This document shows, piece after piece, positions 23,546-37,777 of a stretch of 64,000 nucleotides of DNA. The stretch is from Eledone cirrhosa. Taxonomy: Eukaryota. Location of the stretch: assembly GCA_964016885.1 (NCBI GenBank), contig OZ024742.1:297352001-297416000 (forward strand). The letters are read 5' to 3'. The position numbers and the translations under genes are program-made. The stretch's first letter is position 1; the number at the start of each line of letters is the position of its first letter. The notes beneath the pieces were generated by a model. The model was not told the origin of the DNA. It did no database searches and saw only the letters and a list, made by a program, of their open reading frames with translations.

Positions 23546-26500
23546 TGAGCTAAATATTGTATGTAAAATGGAAGTGCAATATCTACTAGTGTAACATATG
23601 TATGATTATACACAGTAATTTTAGTTAGCAAGTTAATTATTTCTAATAAACTTTCTAGATTCTTCATAATAATAATTCATTGTTTATAATAATTCTTTAT
23701 TTTTATATTTTTGTAATTTTTAACGGGCCATTCAGTTTCGTTTATATCATTATGTAAAACTTTATGAAAATGAAATTTTTCTTGACACCATTCAATATTT
23801 TTCTAAACTATTGAATAAAATGATACATTGGAGTTGTTTGTTTGGATGGCTACATTTCTATCATTCAAAATTCATTTATAATTATTTTGCAGCCCGCATC
23901 TTTCTCTTGAGGATGAACACTCAAAGCTATAATGTTATGGTAACTGCTTAATCTCTTCCTTGCTTTCAATAAGAATAAGAAGAATGATGATAATAATAAG
24001 GATGATAATTAAAGTAATAATAATAATAAGAAGAAGAATGTTGATATTAATAATAAGGATGATAATTAAAGTAATAATAATAATAAGAAATAAATAAATA
24101 AATAAAATTGCTTACCTTATTGAAGAGATTTCCAAAAAGTAAATATTTTATATATTTTCAGGTGAATGGACAGATAGATAAACAAGTTAATGTTTTATGT
24201 GGAAATAAACAAAAACTATCAATTCCCTTGAAGCAAATCCTATTCTAGCACAATGACTATGTGATATTGATAAACATATTTTAATATTTAATATTTTAAT
24301 TATTAACGAACATTTTTATTGATTTAGTCTTTAAGTTATTTTCATTTTATTTATACTTTTTTTAGTTATTTGTTATTTTGTTTCGAATGAAATATTAATT
24401 TAAATGAAAATACAATATTTTCAAAATGACAAAATTCCAAGTAATCTATTTTCCTTAGAAATGTCATCATCACCATCAGATTGATAAAGATAAGACATTT
24501 TTATTTTTTATCAAATATTTCCCAGTAGATTCTGTTCAAGAAAAGCTATGAAATAAAAACAGCTAAACAATTATTTGTAAGCAATATTCCTTCAAATTTT
24601 TCCCAATCAGTGAGCAGAACTTTTGATGCTTTGAGCAAAAGTGTTTTAAATTCAAAACTAATGCGCATCAAAATTTTGAGATGGTCATCCATCCATGCAA
24701 CTTTAAGGCAACATTGTTTGGGAGAAACTAATAGATCTAGAATATAAATATTGTCTAAAATAATTCTTCTTATATTCATTTATCACCAGCTGAAGCTCTT
24801 AAATCCAGCATCTCATTGCCTAGCAACACCTATGGTCTAACATGTTTACACTTATCACTATTAATCTGTTTATCTGCCACTAGGGCAGCACTCTCAACAA
24901 CACTAAACTGAAATGTTGTTTACCACAGCCAAAGATTCTGGTGATACAGCACAGGCTATTGTATTATTAATTTTATCTTGTAATATGGAAAGTTATAAAA
25001 TAAAAAAATTTGTTTCTCTTCTGTGAATGTGAGGGAATTATTTTTATGACAAAGTTGTCTACGGCTGGAAATGAAATCATGTGAGGGTGAATGGTCTCGC
25101 TTTTAGGACAGTGCTAAATGGCAGCAAAAATTCAAAAATAATATATTTCAATTCAGTAACCATAATTATATATATATGTAATTATATATATATATATACT
25201 TCAATGAAAAAGGAAAGGTAGATTCGAAATATTGCTTTTTTTTGCAAAATTATGACATGTATTTCTGTGACCAGCAGACTATAATTATATCATGATGTAA
25301 GACATGTGGTTAGGTCTACCTATTACTTAAACCATCCAACAGAAATGAAAATAATATATATATATATAGTAATAATAAATACGAAGACTAAAATATATAG
25401 AAGACTTGATAAGGGTTGATATATATATAAGTATATATAAATCCTTAGAGAAAATATTTATTATGAGTACGGATTAAAAGTTTAATAAAAAAATTTCTGC
25501 GTTCACCCTAAGCAATGATCCTGCTTAGGGTAAAAGCAGAAATTATTTCGCTAAAACATTTAATCTGTACTAATTATATATATATTATCATGATCATCAT
25601 CATCATTTTACGTCCACTTGTTCCTGCTTGCAAGGGTGGGACAGGTCCTATTCAGCACAGCATTGGTCCTTTGTCATCTCCTCCATGAGCTTTAGTTTGT
25701 GTGTGGAATGAGATGGTAAACTATATTTATATAGGGGTCTCCCTTGGGCATTAATTTCTGTTTTTCAATATTTACCAGAGTCATCTTAGCATTACCTGAA
25801 TTTGGTAATCTAGACATTTTGCACTATATTTCTTATTCAGCCTATGTATGATTTTATGGTTTGTCCTGCAGCAAGGTTTCATGAAAGTTAATGACCCTCT
25901 AAGATATGTAAGATGAATGTTGTAAATTTACCTCTTGAACTGTGGTAAGAGGACGACTGCAGGAAAAAACATGAACAGAGTTGTTTTATGAAGATAGTTA
26001 CATAATTATCTAAAACGTCGATTATATATGGGGTGTTTGCTTAAAATCTGCATATGGTACAATAGTAAAAGGTGAGCCACATCAATTGGAAAGGCTTATT
26101 TCTATTTTGAAGATGAGACAACATTTGGTAAATAAATAGGCTGAAATAGCCTATGACTGAATGAAAAGTTAAAAATCTAAATTAAGCTGAAAGAATCAAA
26201 TTATTAGAAATACATCATTTTGTCACTGATTAAATGCTTTAACAGTTTTCCAATGTTTCAGGTAATTGAAATAGATTTAAAACTATTAGGGATGGATTTA
26301 CTATCTTTCTTTTTGTAGATTAGGCTTCTATTCTGTAGGAATTATGCCTTGCTTAATTGAATATTGGAATAGTAAAAAATGTAGTGATCTACAGCAATTG
26401 TTTGGAATAGAGTTTCAAATTCTGTGTGGACCAGTCAACCAAGTATAAAATTTCATCAATATCCTAAATAGAAAAGAAGATACCCAATTAAGGTTTATCA

Positions 26501-28875
26501 GTACAGCAAAGAGGTTGTGAGAATCAGTTAGAATTGGTAGATTAAATAGATTAATCTTTGTGTGTGGATGTTAATGATATTGTTGTTATGAACTAGTATT
26601 GGAATATGATGAACTTTCACAGCAAGAATCACTTGAATAATTTATGGAAATTTTTGAAGTTTATTTCATTCTGGGGGGATATGCTGTACTATTGATGAGA
26701 AATGAGCAGATTTATTGAATCTAACATAGGGTTTTTTACATTGTTTCATGTGACAGTGTAATATATTCCCTGCAGTAAACTTATGAACATAATTTGGATA
26801 ATTTTGGCTTTGGCTACGTGACTGATTTAAATATTAATCAGATATACATGCCAAAAAATGGTCCCAATATCTGTAGTCAAACATATCTGGTAACCCTGTT
26901 TATCACTATTTAACTCATCTTTTCACAGGCTGCAATGTTGCATGTGTTGCATAGGGAAAAATCAGAACCAATTTAATGCATGGGCACATTGGGAAGTTGT
27001 ACAAGGGGCCCATGTTAATCTATGTACGCTGTGACTTGCTGTACTATACTATACAAAACTATTAACATTTTTTTTATTTGGAAATGGCATATTTAGCAAG
27101 TATTTTACAAAAGATAATGAACAATATTTGTGTTAATTTTAATGATAACAAGTGGACGTTGGCATTTACATCTGGTTTAGGAGTCATGGTCATTTCTCCA
27201 ACCACATGTACATGTATGCATAGATATTTCACATTAATGATATTGTTGGGAGCACTAATATATATATATATAAAGGAAGTATGTTTCGAAAGTGTTGAGC
27301 AAAATTTGAAAATTGAATTTGAAGACTTCATTGTAACTTTGGACTAAATTACATTATCTAATAATGGGGCATGTAAACCCTTTGAATGAAAAAAATGGCT
27401 ATTAGCACTCATGGGAGCTGAGCCCATACTTCTTGTTTGTTGGACAAGTAGGCTACCATTACATCAATTAACCCAATCGGCTCTTTCTATTATTTTAGAG
27501 AACACCACAATGGACCACATGCAGCTTAAACCATCATGGTACATTGATATGAGAAATTGTACCAGTCTAAAATCAAATTATTAGCCTTATATTGAATTAT
27601 ACATTAAATTTCACGTCTCAAAATAGTTCTGGCTCTTAGCGTTCTAAATTGAAATCCTGCCAAAGTCAACTTTGCCTTTCATTCCTTTGAGCTTCATAAA
27701 GTACCAGTCCAGGAGCAATAGATTGGCAGATGTATGTTAAAGCATTGATATGATGCCTTGTGGTATCTGTTCTAGCTTTGAACATTCTGAGTTCATTCAT
27801 GTCTCCTGTCTTTGCAAAAACCATGTTGCAACTGACAGAAAATGTCAGCAATGGAAAGACCATTAGAAACAGTTTCCTTGATATAATCATACAATTGGCT
27901 TCTTTCCTTTTTGTTTTCTAAATTGATATTTTCAGTTTGAGTAGGAATTGGCACTGAAATAGATAACAAATATTTTCTTAAACTTTGTTTTTTGAATATT
28001 CTGAGAGAAAAGAAAAAATTATTTGCTTTGTACAGTAATGATGAAATGAAATAAAAAGTAAAATGATAAACACTTTGCTTCAAGCTAATTAATATTTCCG
28101 AAAATTCTGAAGGAAATCTGGTCTCTATCTATTTTTATCCCTTGTGATACCAACCCAACCAAAACTTGCTCTGGCTCTCTGCAACAAAACAACCTACTTT
28201 ACAGGTTTCCTATTTAAATAAAAACCTTGCAACATAATTTTATAAAAAGACCGTATGTTAGTAATGAAATAGATAATAATTTCATTAAATCTTTCAAAAT
28301 TCTTCATTTAATAATTATCTTTTTCAATTGTTTATGATTCATCTGTTTTGACTGCTTGTTAATTTCTCCCTCTCTCATTAATGTGTAAACATCCCGTCTG
28401 CTTGTTAATTTCTCTGTCACCAGTCTCTACATTTCTCCCTCACACAACAGCCTGTAAACCTTTTTCACTCTAAGAAGCATATTTTCAAATATTCTATCTG
28501 AATAGCATATTTTCAAATATTCTATTTGGGTAGCATATTTCCAAATAACAAACGTTTATCCCCTGTTGTCACAACATACACACTTTATTAATCGGTTGTC
28601 ATACCTTTTGCTTATGGCAACTATAGCCACTTATTGTCTGAAAAATATTTTTTGTTTTTATTTATAAGGGCAACTTTAACAACTTCTATAAAGAGTAACA
28701 AGGCTAAACTTTTACTGTTATTAACAGATGAATTTGCAATTTCTCAAATCTATTACATACTTGCAGGCCAGTTGACATTGGTATATGATTTTAAGGAGGA
28801 GGAAAAGGAGCTGCTTGACTCCAAATCTAGTTCTTTTATTCTGTTCTGTTGCATGTAAATACATCATGTTCACTA

Positions 28876-29530
28876 CATCATCATCATCATCATTACAGTT
28901 TAATGTCCATTTTCCCCACCTAGCATGGGTTAGAAGAGTTATCCCATTGTGATTCAAGCCAGATCAGATGATCGTGCCTTGCTCATACAGAACTGTTTCT
29001 GGTTTGGTTTCTATGGCTGGATGTCCTAACACCAACCACAGTTACATTGTGGACTGGGTGCTTTTAATCGTGGAACAAAATGACCCCTTTACAGTGTCAG
29101 CTGGGCGTTCTTATCATGATACCTGCATGACCACTTTACAGTGTAGAGTGGGGGAATGTGAGTGGTGATTGGAGAGGTGGATCTAGGGTGAAGCACTTAT
29201 CTGGTGAGGGGTGGGGTTGTAGGGACATGAATAAAGGATGGGGTGTTAGGACGTGTGAGGTGTATGGAAGAGGGAGGGGCAGGAAATATGATACATAATA
29301 GATGTATGCTTCAACCCGTGCACATTGTAAGACACAACACCGGAGATCTTGATCCTTTGTCATCACCTTTGAGAGGTGTAATTGTGCAAGGTCAGCTTTT
29401 ATCATCTCATCCCAATGTCTCCCTACTCTATAGCTGCCATCAACTTTGGGTGCCCTGCACCTTTTTATACAGCTGTCATCCTTCATATGCATCACATGTC
29501 CATACCAATGCAATCTCCTCTCCTGCACAC
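28876..29530 (-). mobile_element. 5'-truncated RTE LINE copy
   Basis: ORF 29136-29528 (QERRLHWYGHVMHMKDDSCIKRCR) matches 59645-60094; 3'UTR and (gat)n tail at 28876-28893. Confidence 0.85.
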
Positions 29531-30208
29531 TACATATATATATTTAGTATCGATTCCTGAAATACTTAACAAACAGTTTGAATGGACACCTACATTTCAC
29601 GTCTTGCTTCAACATACTAGCAGCTTTTTTTGTGGGGAAGGGATTCTACATTTTACATCTGGCCTAGGCTTATTACCCTTTGGATTGGAGTAGGATTTAC
29701 ATTTTACATCTGACCTGTGCTAGCTTTGGTGGTCTACATAACACTGCTACTATAAATCTTCCATTTAATTTCCAAACATTATAACTGATTTTATGTAATT
29801 CACATTTAACTGTTCAATTCTAATTGGTTTAAAAACACTTCATGGGCTGTTCCATACAGAAATATATAACAAGGCCAGAATCTAAATTGTGAGACTAAAA
29901 AATGATTTACTGCTAAAATCTCTATTTTCTGAGCATTGACATTTTATTTTTGACATTCTGTTACACCTTTAAGAGACTCCTTCTTTTAAATACTCTCACT
30001 AGAATGATGTAAAAGATTTTAAATTTGAAATCTATTATTTTTATTCACAATCTTGTTACCTCATGGCTATAAATTCTTCTTCCACCATGTATGGTTAGGT
30101 ATAAATGAATAAATTTTCTTTTAAAAAAAAAGAAAGAAAATTGAAAATATTCTAAACAAGGCTTGATATTATTGCATCAAATGTTACTGTGCCAAATTAG
30201 ATTAGATT

Positions 30209-30252
<44 letters not shown>

Positions 30253-31275
30253 CATGTGTGCAAGTATGTATGTATATATATATACTCTTTTATCTGTTCC
30301 AGCCATCTAGATTTTGAGGGTTACAAGTAAGCGTTTTACAGAAAATAATCTTAAATGAAAAACAATAATCAAATGGAACAAAATTGATGGAATGATTATA
30401 AATGAAAAGAATGAGGCTGAAATAGGATATGGTGATAAGGAATTATTTTAAACATTAATGTAAGATAATGGCAATGCGTTTTTAATCTAAGATTTCAAAA
30501 ATAGCAGAGGATGCAGGAAACAGAAATTAATTAAATATAATAAAAATTAGTTGTATTAGATTAAACAAATATTTTTTAGTATTGTTGGATCTATTAAAAT
30601 AAATCTGGAAATATAATTTAAAATGACAAAAATAACTTATTTGAAAAGAAATATGTATGAAAAAGTTTTAGGCAAAGGGAAAAATTGCCCATGTGTTACA
30701 AAAATAGATTTATCAAATGTAGGTAAATTTGAGGCAATGAAGTGGCAAAGACATTAGAACATCTGCTTTCTACACCCTGTCTTCAAATCCTGCTCAGATT
30801 TACTTTATTTTCCATCCATTCGAGGTTGATAAAGTGTCAGTCTAGCACTAGAGGTAATTCTTCTTTTTTTATGACAGTAATGAATGACTTGAGGGAGGTT
30901 ACACTGCTATTTCTATCAAGGAGAAAAACAACATAGCTTCTCTGTCATTGATCTTCGTACTAAATATATCATTATTTTATGTCTTATGTGGAGGCCTTAG
31001 CAAAATGAAAACAAAATTCCCTCTTACCATGATAAACACTTTGTCAGCTCAATGGATGGGGAGGGGGGCTATATGCCATTTTTCGACCTGTTAGAAACAA
31101 TAGACAAATCTCTCTCTCTCCCTGGAATAAATTGATGGGGACAGGCATCATCAGTTTTAAATATCTAAAACGGCACCCCTACAACTCAATCAATAGTTAA
31201 GGGCCTATGGCATGACAGGAGAAATCTAACCAATCTGTTAATTGTTAGTCTTGGAATTATTATATTGTGATACTG

Positions 31276-32992
31276 TGTACCAAATTGCCAAGAAAATCAC
31301 CGGCAGTTCTAGAGCTAACTCAGGCCCGGTGAAAGCGAAAGATGGTACGCTGCTTTCCAAGGGTGAAGAAAAGTTAGTCAGATGGGCTGAACATTTCAAG
31401 GAAGTCCTCAACCGACCGGAGCCACGTGTGCCAGCAGACACTAAGGAACCTACTAGTTTGTTGCCTATCAATACTGATGACATCACCGAGAAAGAAGTCC
31501 GCATGGCCATCAAAACCCTTAAGAATAACAAGTCACCAGGTATGGATGGCATTTATGCTGAAATGCTGAAGTCAGGAGGCGAAAGCATGGTCAAGTGGAT
31601 GGGCCACTTATGTAATCTTGTGTGGAACACGGGTGAAGTCCCAGAAGATTGGAGAAACGGAGCGGTTGTCTGTATCCCCAAGAAGGGCAACCTTGCCGAT
31701 TGTGACAACTGGAGGGGAGTGACACTTCTCTCCATACCAGGGAAGGTCTATTGTGTGATGATCCTGAACCGCATACGTGGCATGATAGACCGGGAACTGC
31801 GAGAACAACAGGCAGGGTTCCGACCAAAACGTTCCTGTGCAGAGCAGATCTTTACGTTACGCCGCATCATTGAGAGGTACAACGAATTCCAGAGGCCCCT
31901 CACCGTCAGCTTCATCAATTTCTCCAAAGCATTCAATAGCATTCATCGGCCGTCACTCTGGAGCATCATGCATGAGTATGGTCTACCCCAGAAAGTCATT
32001 TCGGCAATCAAACAGATTTATGCAAACTCCAAGTGCTGCATACGGACAGAGGATGGTTACAGTGACTGGTTTGAGGTGGTTACTGGTGTGCATCAAGGTT
32101 GCTCGCTCTCTCCAATTCTCTTTGCCATAGCCATTGACTGGGTACTAAGAAGAGCGTCTAAAGACCAGGGTATATCTTGGGTGGGAGAGCAAAAGTTGTC
32201 TGACCTGGACTTTGCGGACGATATTGTTGCACTTGCAGAGAGCACAGCTGACCTGCAAATCATTATGAACAATATCAATGTCGAAGCAGGAAGCTTAGGT
32301 CTCAATATCAGTGCTAAGAAGACCAAAAGCATGTTATCTGGGACACACCCATCACCAACTAGTGTTTCATTGAACAAGGGGAGGTGGAGATAGTGGACAA
32401 CTTCACCTACCTAGGAAGCTCCATTGACAATGGGGGCGCCATGGACAGTGAATTACAATGTAGAATGGGAAAGGCTTCAGCAGCATTTAACCAGCTTGTC
32501 AAGATCTGGAAGAGTAGGAAGTTGACCCTCAAAACAAAGATGAGATTCTACAACAGCAACGTGCAGTCCATACTCTTGTACGGAAGTGAAACATGGCACC
32601 TTAAGACCAGCCAAGAGAAGAAGTTGTACGTATTTGATTCCAGGTGTCTGCGAAAGATCCTGGGGATTAAATGGAGTGACCATGTAACAAACCAGGAAGT
32701 CAGGAACCGCACCAACCAGCAGCTAGTCTCTTCTGCCATCTGCAAGCGACGCCTGGGCTGGTTTGGGCACGCTTTGAGACTTCCCCCGGAGAGACTGGCG
32801 AACCAAGTACTTAAATGGAACCCACAGGGAAGCAGACGGAGAGGGCGACCCAAAATGAACTGGCGCCAGACAGTTGAGAGGGACCTGCGAGCGACAAACA
32901 GACAATGGCGGGACGCTGTGCAACTGGCTGCTGACCGAACGCGGTGGAACACTATGATTGCCTCATGCGTCGCAAGACGCGGGAGCTTCTGA
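31276..32992 (+). pseudogene. RTE reverse transcriptase ORF broken by one frameshift near 32380
   Basis: ORFs 31242-32393 and 32384-32992 join (LNKG/EVEIVDNFTYLGS); catalytic motif mutated to FINFSKAFNS. Confidence 0.9.
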
Positions 32993-33001
32993 GTCTGAGT
33001 C
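31276..33001 (+). mobile_element. 5'-truncated RTE-clade LINE (second family), frameshifted
   Basis: RT motifs KSPGMDGI, NWRGVTLLS, QAGFR, GVHQGCSLSP, DLDFADDI; C-terminal WFGHALR...RRRGRPK. (TCTGAG)n tail and TSD tgatactg at 31268-31275 / 33002-33009. Confidence 0.92.
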
Positions 33002-35676
33002 TGATACTGGTTCCAGCATCCTGTTTTCAACTCCCACTGAGGTCTACTTTGCCTTTCATCTTTTCCAGTGTCAAAAGAGAAAGCATCAGCTTGATCCAGG
33101 TGCAGCCTTCTCTCTCTGGCTGTCATATCCTGAATGTTCTGCTGAGTCAAGAGTGACAAAGTTGAAACAACACCAGTGTTTGCTCATGATTACATAGACA
33201 TCTAAAACCATTAGTGAAAGCATGGTTCTTGCTACAAGTTCATCCTCAATTTTAAGTGATGACCATAGTAGTTTTAGATAAATGTAGGACCATGTTGAAG
33301 CTAAGCATTAACAGCAACAATAGAAAATTGAACTGATTAAAATGTTTAAAACAGGAAGTGTAGTAAACACAAGAAGTAACGTAGCTCTTTCATTACCATA
33401 TTTCTTATGAAGAAGGCTGCCTATAATTTAACCTTTACATGATCAAGTTAACAATTGTTCTTAACATAGAATTGTGACAAACTTCAAAATAAACAGTTTT
33501 GTATCTTAAAACCAGATGCAATTTCAGTCAGTTTTCTGTGAAAAAGGTTAAGAATAAATTGAAGAATAGTGTCAACATAAATAAAATCTAGAAAGTTATT
33601 CAGATTTAAATTAAATTTTATTTTCTTAAGAAATTAAAAATCAACAAACATGTATCCATATATTTATAAGATACATATTCTTGATGTGTTGTTATTTATT
33701 CCCAGTTCAGCTCTGATATCTAATCTACCTCCTACTAAAAAAGTTTTACTTAGGAGAAGTCCCACATACACATATAAGGTAGATAGTGCTCTTCAGTCAA
33801 ATCAAGGACTGACAACATACATAGAGTTGTTACCACGATAAATTGCACCCAGTACATTTTGTAAAGATGTTGGTGTTAGGAAAGACATCCAACCATAGAA
33901 TCCATGTCAAGAAGAATTGAAAGGACTCCTTGGTTTTGCCTCAAAGATATGACAACCCTCCTAGTACTGGGGCCACCCAGTACACTCATTATAGTGCAGC
34001 AATATATGTATATCAGACTTGGTCCCTGTATCCGTATTGATTTAGTCTCTGACAACCTATTGAATCTTAGCTAGCAAGGAAAATAGACATTAAATGATGA
34101 TGATGATGATGATGATAAAAACTAAGTGTACAGGACCAATGACAAAAAAGCTTTGAAAGAACTTTTCAGTTGAAATAAGGCTATGATTAGCTCTTTAGTT
34201 TGTCAAGTGGTTAGCATTAGGAATGGCATCCAAACATAGAAATCATGCCCAAAATGGTTTGAGAGGACTCTTCAATCATTACAATGTCATAAAGAAATCC
34301 TTAGTGCTGGTGACTGAATTAATGTAGTTGGTGAAAAGAAGAACATCCAGTAGTGGTGGATTAAGGAGATACTGACTGGACTGCAGTCAAGAACTTTCAC
34401 AAAATGCAAAAGGTTTAATTAAACTATTTGCAACCATAAGTAATATGCAAAATCTCAGATGAGATTTTCAGTCAGGAGCCCCATGCAAGCCTAATCCAAC
34501 TCTATCATTCAAATTAAGAAACCCTGGCAAAAAGGTTTTGAGAGGATTCTCCAGTCATGTTGAAGACATGACAACCCCACAAGTGTTAATGCCACAGTAA
34601 AATTCACCCAGTACAAAAGACTCTCAAAATTGGAATGTATTTAAGCAAGATGTGGTTCCTTAGTTTGCCTAATGGGACGATATCACTGAATAATTTCTGA
34701 CTTGGTTTGTAATGACCCATTCACCCCCTGTCAGCACAGAACAATGGATATAAAATGATAATGAATACAACAACATGAATATACTGTATGGTTAACAAGT
34801 TTGCTATGCAATCAGGTGGTCTGACTTCATTCCTGCTTTGACAAAATTCTTCTACTATAGCCTGAGGTTGAGGAATGCCTTGTGAGTATAATTTGATAGA
34901 TGTAATCTTCAAAATCTTTGAGTGTCTGTCTGTGCTTTTGTCACATAATTTCTAAAGTTGCCTAAATCAAAGTGGTGCCCTAGCATGGCTGCTGTGTAAT
35001 GATTGAAACCATTAAAACAAAACAAAATGTCATAGAGACTAGTAAATATTAAAACTAAAGTAAGATTGAAAATGCAGCATATAGAATAATAAATATTGCA
35101 TATAAGAAAGTAAAACACAAACAAAGCTCTATTGGGAAAAGTATTGTCATAAACAACAATGGAATTAAATGGAAGATCTATAAAAGATTGCCTTGATATA
35201 ACAAATAATAGAATGGGAATAATAAACAGTGAAATTACAACTAAAATTTGAAGAAAGGAAATATTTAATTAAAAGATGAGAAATTAAAAAAAAGTATCCC
35301 TAGATGATATTTCTTAAAGATTTGCCATCGTCAGCTTAGATTTCTATTTCCTGTGTATGATATATCATAACTCATTAATTATCTTTATCTACCTCGATTT
35401 TACTCTGTAAATTCATATATATATATATATATACACGGTTCAAGAGTAAACCAATCTTAAAGAGAGAGATGGAGATAGGAGAGGAGAAGAGAGATTGGTG
35501 AATTTGTTAGAAGCCAAAAGTGTAAAGGCATGTGCTCAATGTGCAATATGCATATATATATAAGTTAAAACAAAAACAAAAACAATAACGAAGAGTGCAG
35601 TACAAAGTGTTAGTATTAGGTTCATGATTGAGAGTGGAGTGGGGTGTATATATATATACATCACCACCCCCACTCT

Positions 35677-35715
<39 letters not shown>

Positions 35716-36349
35716 TATATGCATATACATACAAACACACACATACACACACACATATATATATATATATACATTTTAAAGCATCTTTTTGGCCATTCTG
35801 CTTGAAACTATTATCTCATCTTTTCTTTTCCATTCTTACTTGTATAATCAATATAATTTCTATCTGTTCCACATATATTGGGTTAACGATCACTAATTTT
35901 CATGTGAATCACACACACACACACACACACACTAATAAATGCAAATACACACACACACATAATCGGATCCTTTCATCTATTGTATTGATAGTTCTTTGCT
36001 ATCTTCATTATCTTTTAGCTTGTATGACACAAAGACAATATCCTCCATCTGCTGCTTTCTCTACAGATATTTTCCCATTTCTTAACATTCTTCATTGAGA
36101 AGCCCATTGATGCAAAGGATATAGAGAGTCATGTATATGATGGTAATAGTGATTCATATGATATCCACATATAAAATGTTCTATATTCCAAATGTATGTG
36201 CAAGCTGTATATCTGCAAAATCTTCACTCTAAGCATTGTGGTTTTGTCAAATTAGTATATTTGCCATAGGTAGGAACAGACATAAAGGGCAAGAAGTGGT
36301 TTAGTTTTATATGGAGCTGATGACCTACATATATATATGTATATATATA

Positions 36350-36538
36350 TAACAAAGGAAATGTGGTAAGGAACCAGGTGGACCATAATGCACCAAAGTA
36401 CTTAATACTTAGGGTAGTAGAGTGGGTAATAGGAACGAGTAGGACCCCGACAGCTGAGCTCAAGCCATTTCGACGGCTAATTAGAATTAGCCGTTAAAAC
36501 GGCTTGAGCTCAGCCGTCGGGGTCCTACTCGTTCCTAT
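36350..36538 (-). mobile_element. Short element: shared ~85-bp terminus plus a 110-bp fold-back hairpin
   Basis: 36350-36435 is the reverse complement of 11329-11412. 36429-36538 is an almost perfect inverted repeat. (TA)n on both sides. Confidence 0.7.
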
Positions 36539-36799
36539 ATATATATATATATATATATATTGATTGAGTGAGAGGGATGATGCTGCATGTTTACTGATAA
36601 TGAGTGTTAGAAAGTTAAGGGAACACAAACAAGAGATAGACATTTTCCCTTCATCAGTTGTCTACTATGGGTCACAGATGTTTCAGTGCATTATAGACAT
36701 TACATCTATCCATAGCATACCTATAACTTATTATCAATAAGTTATGAGGGAAAGAAAAGATGAAAAAGAGGCGATAGTGAAAATATATATATATATATA

Positions 36800-37100
36800 T
36801 CATCATCATCGTCATCATCACCGTTTTACATCCGTTCTTCCATGCTAGCATGGGTTAGACGGGTTGTCCTGTTGTGGGCAGTGTCTAGTCGGCTGACCAT
36901 GCCTTGCTCATACAGGAACTGATTTTGGCTTGATTTCTACAGCTGGATGCCCTTCCTAACACTAACCTCATTTACAGTGAGTGCTGGGTGCTTTTTCCGT
37001 GGTGCCTACACGTCCACTTTACAGTGTGGGCTGGGTGCTTTTTTGCCGTGGCACCTCCACGACCACCTTGCAGTGGGAGGGTGTGGGGGCATATTGTCTA
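36800..37100 (-). mobile_element. 3'UTR-only RTE copy (same subfamily as 59348-59640)
   Basis: Colinear with 59348-59640; (gat)n tail. Confidence 0.85.
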
Positions 37101-37106
37101 TATATA

Positions 37107-37465
37107 TATAAAGAATTAGTATATCTACCAACATATTTATACAGATGTATACTTATGCTAGCAAAGATATATATATATATATATCTTTGGTAGCATAAGT
37201 ATACATCTGTATAAATATGTTGATAGATATACTAATTCTTTATAATTATCTCCAAATTATTTTGTTGAGCAAAAATTTGCCTGAATTACTACTATGGTTC
37301 ATAGTATTAGTTTGGCTACTGTCTTTTTAACACCCACTCCTCACTGATTAACCTCGATGTCATGTGATTGATTCTTTTGAATTTACCACTGACCAGGAAG
37401 GCAGTGAAATTTTCAATATCTTGGAATTTAGTCCGCGCTTACTTTTTTCCATCCACTGAATTATA
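37107..37465 (+). mobile_element. Fold-back fragment of the hammerhead element at 43481-44051
   Basis: 37107-37243 is a palindrome centred on (TA)n, and 37214-37390 is the reverse complement of about 43745-43920. Confidence 0.75.
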
Positions 37466-37584
37466 TATATATATACATATATATATATAAAACAGGCATA
37501 AATAAATTGAAATGAAATCATCTTGCTTTTGTGGATCAATCAAAATAAGGTGCGAAAAATATCATATTCATATGGTATTATTAT

Positions 37585-37777
37585 GGCAGTGGATTGGCAG
37601 TATTGGTAGAGGGTCGGACGCCATGCTTTGAAGCATAGAGTTACTTCCCTTTATGATCTGAGTTCAAATCCTGCCGAGGTTAACTTTGCCTTTCAACCTT
37701 ACAGGATCGATAAAATAAAGTACCAGTAATACACTTGGATAATTGCTGGCCTTGTGCCAAAAGTAGAAACAATTATT
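37585..37777 (+). mobile_element. Full-length Nin-domain SINE
   Basis: A/B boxes, Nin-like core, tail agtagaaacaattatt, TSD attattatgg. Confidence 0.85.

Noticed and set aside
24546-24779. 77-aa ORF with an acceptor-like site (also 28634-28858)
   Set aside because: No recognisable motif or matching donor; length is within chance expectation.
31238-33197. Overlapping and antisense ORFs around the RTE (likewise 59775-60557 and 61963-63987)
   Set aside because: Shadow frames of the retrotransposon ORFs with no independent motifs.
35295-35345. Minus-strand ctgacga...gaaa
   Set aside because: Helix II and helix I do not pair.
36610-36690. Minus-strand gaaacatctg...ctgatga-agggaa...ttccct
   Set aside because: The core halves are in the wrong order and no GAAA follows the stem; the motif cannot be closed.
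37585-37680. tRNA-like A/B boxes (also 55645-55710 and others)
   Set aside because: These are SINE heads that continue into Nin or CORE bodies; no complete cloverleaf.
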